From assembly GCF_000354175.2 (NCBI RefSeq), contig NC_022349.1:1530001-1562000 (forward strand): 32,000 nucleotides of DNA, given 5' to 3'. Of the stretch, positions 28,308-32,000 are shown in pieces; positions within the stretch are counted from its first letter, which is position 1, and each line of letters opens with the position of its first letter. This stretch comes from Vibrio alginolyticus NBRC 15630 = ATCC 17749 (lineage in GTDB: Bacteria; Pseudomonadota; Gammaproteobacteria; Enterobacterales; Vibrionaceae). Both the position numbers and the translations under genes were made by a program. A model generated the notes under the pieces. That model searched no databases and was not told the origin of the DNA. It was given only the letters and a program-made list of their open reading frames with translations.

Positions 28308-29660
28308 ATGTCTTCATTACCTTCCATCACTTGGTTGGAAACGGTAAAAAGTTACCTCGATAAACGACTCATGTGGGTTTTCATGCTGGGCTGCTCTAGC
28401 GGCTTTCCGTGGGTTCTTATCGGTTCAAACATGTCAGGTTGGCTAAAAGATGCCGGCTTGACCCTCTCCGCAATTGGCTATTTTGGTAGCGTTTTTGCGG
28501 TCTATGCGATCAACTTTCTGTGGGCACCTCTGGTTGACCGCGTGAAGCTGCCAGTCCTCTTTAGACTGCTGGGGCAAAGACGTAGCTGGATTTTCTTTTG
28601 TCAAAGTATCGTACTCGTCGCTACCCTATTTATTGCCGGTGTTAATCCAGCGGAAAACTTGGTGTTTGCGTCACTACTCGCCTTGTGTATTGCAACGGCT
28701 TCAGCGACACAAGACATCGCAATTGATGCTTTTCGTATTGATACTTTCCCAAAGTCAGAAGAGTCTAAACTGCCTCAAGCTTCTGCAATGGCGGTCATTG
28801 GCTGGTGGACAGGTTATTCACTACCGGGTTATTTAGCGTTTGTTAATGCTGACAGTGTCGGTTGGAATGGTGTGTATTACGGGATGGCGGTGATAGTCGG
28901 CATTCTAATGGTCTTTACGATTTTAGTCGGTGAACCTAAGACTCAACGCGAACAACTTCAGTCTGCCGCTGAACAACGCCACAAAGAAGTGGTTGGTTCG
29001 AAAGTCGTAGCTTGGTTTACCGTGACTGTTGTGGAACCTTTCCTTGATTTCTTTAATCGCAATGGTGTCCGTGTCGCGATTACTCTGTTGCTGTTCGTTT
29101 TCCTATTTAAAATTGGCGAAGCGTTTTTGGGCAGGATGTCGATCGCGTTCTACAAAGATATTGGTTTTAGCAATGAACAAATTGGCTATTACTCCAAACT
29201 GATTGGTTGGGGAGCCACCATCTTCTTTACTTTTGTCGGAAGCATGTTCAACGTTAGGTTTGGTATTGTACGTGGATTAATGATCGGTGGTATTGCTATG
29301 TCTGCCAGTAACTTGATGTTTGCTTGGATTGCTTCGGTAGGCCCAAACGAGCACTTGTACTTAGCCACGATTATTGTCGATAACTTTACGACTGCTTTCT
29401 CAACTGTCGCTTTTGTTTCATTTTTGACGATTCTAACCGGACAAGCATTTTCGGCAACTCAGTATGCGTTGCTTGCTTCTCTAGGAAACTTCGGACGGAC
29501 GACTCTTGCTTCTTTCAGTGGCGAGCTAGTGGATTATCTTAATGATTGGAGCACATTCTTCGTGCTTACCGCTGTCATGGTCGTGCCAAGCTTGATTATG
29601 TTGTACTCGCTACGACATTACTTTGATGCTCTATTGGAAAAAGCACGTCACAAGCATTAA
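28308..29660 (+). CDS. ampG: Muropeptide (anhydro-MurNAc peptide) MFS permease AmpG
   Basis: 450-aa MFS protein. The N-terminus (YLDKRLMWVFMLGCSSGFPWVLIGSNMSGWLKDAG) is typical of AmpG. It shows synteny with yajG. Confidence 0.85.
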   Translation: MSSLPSITWLETVKSYLDKRLMWVFMLGCSSGFPWVLIGSNMSGWLKDAGLTLSAIGYFGSVFAVYAINFLWAPLVDRVKLPVLFRLLGQRRSWIFFCQSIVLVATLFIAGVNPAENLVFASLLALCIATASATQDIAIDAFRIDTFPKSEESKLPQASAMAVIGWWTGYSLPGYLAFVNADSVGWNGVYYGMAVIVGILMVFTILVGEPKTQREQLQSAAEQRHKEVVGSKVVAWFTVTVVEPFLDFFNRNGVRVAITLLLFVFLFKIGEAFLGRMSIAFYKDIGFSNEQIGYYSKLIGWGATIFFTFVGSMFNVRFGIVRGLMIGGIAMSASNLMFAWIASVGPNEHLYLATIIVDNFTTAFSTVAFVSFLTILTGQAFSATQYALLASLGNFGRTTLASFSGELVDYLNDWSTFFVLTAVMVVPSLIMLYSLRHYFDALLEKARHKH

Positions 29661-29670
29661 CGAAACATAT

Positions 29671-29704
29671 AAAAAACCACCGAATTCGGTGGTTTTTGTT
29701 TTGC
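29671..29704. terminator. Bidirectional rho-independent terminator (ampG / chrR)
   Basis: AAAAAA-CCACCG-aatt-CGGTGG-TTTTTGTTTT. Confidence 0.8.
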
Positions 29705-29723
29705 GAGATATAAGATAAGAGGT

Positions 29724-30383
29724 CTATGGGTATAACCCTTTACCAAACATATTAAATATACGTGCCACGCCTTGAGTAAAGATCATCGGCTCAGTCAATA
29801 CGGTTAAACACAAGCAGTCTTCTCCGGCCTTAGTGTAAGGGCTGTGCTTCACTGATGCGTCTCTAATCATCAAATCGCCCTGTTCATATTGGCCATCCTC
29901 GTCACTAAATCCGCCATGCAGGATCAATGTAGACTCCAGGCCTTTGTGCGTATGTTGAGGAATTTGCACATCTTCCCCGATGTACATTAAGCTGACACGA
30001 GCGTCTTCCCCTAGGTCAATCTGAGCACTAAAAACCTTGCCTCCGTAACTTCTCCATGACCCTACGAGGTCAGAGAAACGCGCTAGAGTTTTAGGAAGAG
30101 CGAAACTTTTTCCTGCGACATTAACAGCAGCAGAGTCGCGGATCACGATATTATCAGTCGCTGGCTCCGCATTGATGATGTCATTAAACATGTCGTCAAA
30201 TTCAGAAACATACTCAGAAGGTATGTCACTTACGATGTTCGCTTGACTTGCTTCGACTTGGTTCACATAAGCTCGGCACTTGGTGCATGTTTCTAAATGG
30301 GTTGCGACCACAAGACCAGAAACCGCATCAATGCTTCCCGAAGCGTATGCTTCTAACAAGCTGTTATCTGGGTGTTTGTTCAT
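29724..30383 (-). CDS. chrR: ChrR-family anti-sigma factor (N-terminal zinc anti-sigma domain plus C-terminal cupin)
   Basis: 219 aa with the ZAS motif H-x3-C-x2-C (HLETCTKC) near the N-terminus and a cupin-like C-terminus (HTHKGLESTLILHGGFSDE). There is a 4-nt ATGA overlap with the upstream sigma gene. Confidence 0.8.
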   Translation of the reverse strand: MNKHPDNSLLEAYASGSIDAVSGLVVATHLETCTKCRAYVNQVEASQANIVSDIPSEYVSEFDDMFNDIINAEPATDNIVIRDSAAVNVAGKSFALPKTLARFSDLVGSWRSYGGKVFSAQIDLGEDARVSLMYIGEDVQIPQHTHKGLESTLILHGGFSDEDGQYEQGDLMIRDASVKHSPYTKAGEDCLCLTVLTEPMIFTQGVARIFNMFGKGLYP

Positions 30384-30964
30384 AGTTGCTCCGTATGCAT
30401 TGAATGCCTTAGCTTTTCTACTGCAAGCCTCAGCCTGGATTTTACAGTACCGAGGGGTATATCAAATAATTCCGCGACCTGTTGATGAGGTAGCTCTTCA
30501 AGATATACCGCTTGTAAAACATCTCTCTGGTTTTTCGGTAATATATCTAAAAACTTAACCACCTGTTCTTTCAACATATCTTGTTCTGGTGAATAGTGAT
30601 CAACAAGATCAGGTGGATAATACTCTGACGGCCAAATGTCATCAGAATGAATGTGTAATTCCTTACCTTTCTGTTTTCTCAGCAAATCAAAACAAAGGTT
30701 TCGGATTATGGTATATATCCAAGTCGATAACGCGCTCTTTTCACCATCATAGAGGTGCGCTTTCTGCCAAACTGTCGCCATGGTCTCTTGCACCATCTCC
30801 ATAGCAACTTGCTCATTACCAACATGTTTGTAAGCGAATTGCTTCAGCTTGGGTGCGTAAAAACGGAATACAAAAGCGAACGCATCTTTGTCTCGAGCCT
30901 TCACTTTATCCATGTAATCGTTCCAATCACTGCGCCCCAGTTTTTTCGGGCTATCACTCATCAT
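30380..30964 (-). CDS. ECF (sigma-70 family, RpoE/ChrR-partner type) RNA polymerase sigma factor
   Basis: Region 2 (FRFYAPKLKQFAY...VQETMATVWQKA..YD......TWIYTIIRN) and region 4 (QRDVLQAVYLEELPHQQVAELFDIPLGTVKSRLRLA) are both present. The start is uncertain: ATG 30964/30961 is preferred over the longest-ORF ATG at 31003, which lies inside a GC hairpin and has a cramped SD. Confidence 0.8.
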   Translation of the reverse strand: MMSDSPKKLGRSDWNDYMDKVKARDKDAFAFVFRFYAPKLKQFAYKHVGNEQVAMEMVQETMATVWQKAHLYDGEKSALSTWIYTIIRNLCFDLLRKQKGKELHIHSDDIWPSEYYPPDLVDHYSPEQDMLKEQVVKFLDILPKNQRDVLQAVYLEELPHQQVAELFDIPLGTVKSRLRLAVEKLRHSMHTEQL

Positions 30965-31008
30965 AATCGGCCTTAATTTGTGGGAGGAGTCTCCTCCTCC
31001 CATTCGTC

Positions 31009-32000
31009 CTAATCGGTCACGTCATCGACCAACAAGTTGAAACCACCGTTGTTCCCATCATCAATGGCAACGACTTGGTACACAACACCGTTCATTACAT
31101 TGACTGGTGCTGAGTCAACCGCAACAATACTTGGGTTACCAGCCACTGTTACCGTTACATAATATGTACCTTCAGCGACATATAATCCTTGTACGCTATT
31201 TTTATACGCAAAATTAGCAATAGTTGGATCACTTCCATCTATTCCTGCACTCGTAGTGAGGTAAATATCCACCATTTCCGCTATAGGATTAGCCGCAGCG
31301 TGTGTCACATTCAATGTCGCGCTAGTCGCCACAGCGCGTCTCATATCTTCAACAACCAGAGCTTCGATATCAATCGCTGGGCTAACAACACCGACTGCAT
31401 AAACACTGTAATCCATTCCACCTGCAACCATTAACCCGTCAACATCTATGATCGGATTGGTTGTTGTGCCATCCACGTAAAAGTCAATATCGTAAGCGCC
31501 AGCAGCAAGATCCAAATAACCACGAATCTCTTTGAACGCTAAGTCGGCAAGAGGAGCGAAGGCCGCCCCGTTAACGTTAACATCGACGACTGGCGCTCCA
31601 TCGACAAGGTGTCCGACTCTTACTTCAGCTTGGCTGCCCATATCTTCAATTATAGAAGAGCCCGAACCGTCCAACACCAAGAGTTTGACAGGTGACGTGC
31701 TATTCGAATCTCCTGTGCCGATAGCGGCAATCGTCAAGTTGGAATTAGCCGCAAGAGGTACTGTGCCGGAGTCAAAAGCAACGCTGTCTCCTACGGCAAG
31801 TCGAACTTGATACTCACCAGCTGGGATGTTCAATACGTCGGTAGAAGCTTTGTAAGCAAGGTTAGTTATTGGAGTCGCGCTAGCAAGAGCAACACCTGGC
31901 TCAGTGACATAAAGATCAACAGCAGGAACGCCTGAAGCTGCATGAACAACTTGAACATCTAGACTATTGGCATCAGCCATTGAATCGGCGCTGCGAGTCA
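31009..32000 (-). CDS. DUF4397 domain-containing protein (partial; probably continues beyond the right window edge)
   Basis: Repeated beta-rich modules (VHA...P.VD.Y......L...L.Y......L...AG.Y...V...G) are typical of DUF4397. The frame stays open upstream of the Met at 31980 through to position 32000. Confidence 0.55.
   Translation of the reverse strand, partial: TRSADSMADANSLDVQVVHAASGVPAVDLYVTEPGVALASATPITNLAYKASTDVLNIPAGEYQVRLAVGDSVAFDSGTVPLAANSNLTIAAIGTGDSNSTSPVKLLVLDGSGSSIIEDMGSQAEVRVGHLVDGAPVVDVNVNGAAFAPLADLAFKEIRGYLDLAAGAYDIDFYVDGTTTNPIIDVDGLMVAGGMDYSVYAVGVVSPAIDIEALVVEDMRRAVATSATLNVTHAAANPIAEMVDIYLTTSAGIDGSDPTIANFAYKNSVQGLYVAEGTYYVTVTVAGNPSIVAVDSAPVNVMNGVVYQVVAIDDGNNGGFNLLVDDVTD

Noticed and set aside
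31201-31231. Minus-strand TGATCC-N17-CGTA (TGATCCaactattgctaattttgCGTATAAA) inside the DUF4397 gene, as a possible ECF (RpoE/ChrR-type) autoregulatory promoter
   Set aside because: I only half remember the TGATCC -35 element for this ECF group and cannot verify the -10 consensus. The site is ~240 nt upstream of the sigma start, inside a coding region, so a chance match is likely. It would need a PWM scan and TSS mapping.

Overview
This window looks like a conserved, housekeeping stretch of a Vibrio-type gammaproteobacterial chromosome. That assignment is an inference from the complete Na+-NQR operon and from protein sequences that match my memory of Vibrio orthologues. Left to right the genes are: a partial hypothetical gene, abgT, a Zur-type rpmE2-rpmJ2 (L31/L36 paralogue) pair, trmO, proS, a DUF533/TerB-like gene, yaeP plus a DUF4250 gene, an NSS-family Na+ symporter, a large modular GH18 chitinase, a DUF2884 lipoprotein-like gene, a GreA/GreB-like gene, a RecQ-family helicase paralogue, dinB with a canonical LexA box, a DUF2789 gene, a REC-REC-GGDEF response regulator, nqrM, apbE, nqrFEDCBA (minus strand), bolA, rlmG, yajG-ppiA-ampG, and an ECF sigma / ChrR anti-sigma pair preceded by a DUF4397 gene that runs off the right edge. 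I found no transposase, integrase, phage gene, CRISPR array, tRNA or rRNA, and no recognisable defence or toxin-antitoxin cassette. I do not see a convincing novel multi-gene system and will not invent one. Five points deserve a second look. (1) apbE is split by a 1-nt frameshift in a C5/G5 homopolymer. (2) A 41-codon L36 paralogue is missing from the ORF track, and a textbook Zur box sits upstream of its operon. (3) A perfect CTGT-N8-ACAG SOS box shows that the long dinB ORF start is wrong. (4) The RecQ paralogue has its Zn-finger displaced by a ~155-aa insertion. (5) There are several RNA-structure and operator-like palindromes. Several longest-ORF starts (nqrA, nqrB, dinB, ECF sigma) are over-extended and are corrected in the feature list.
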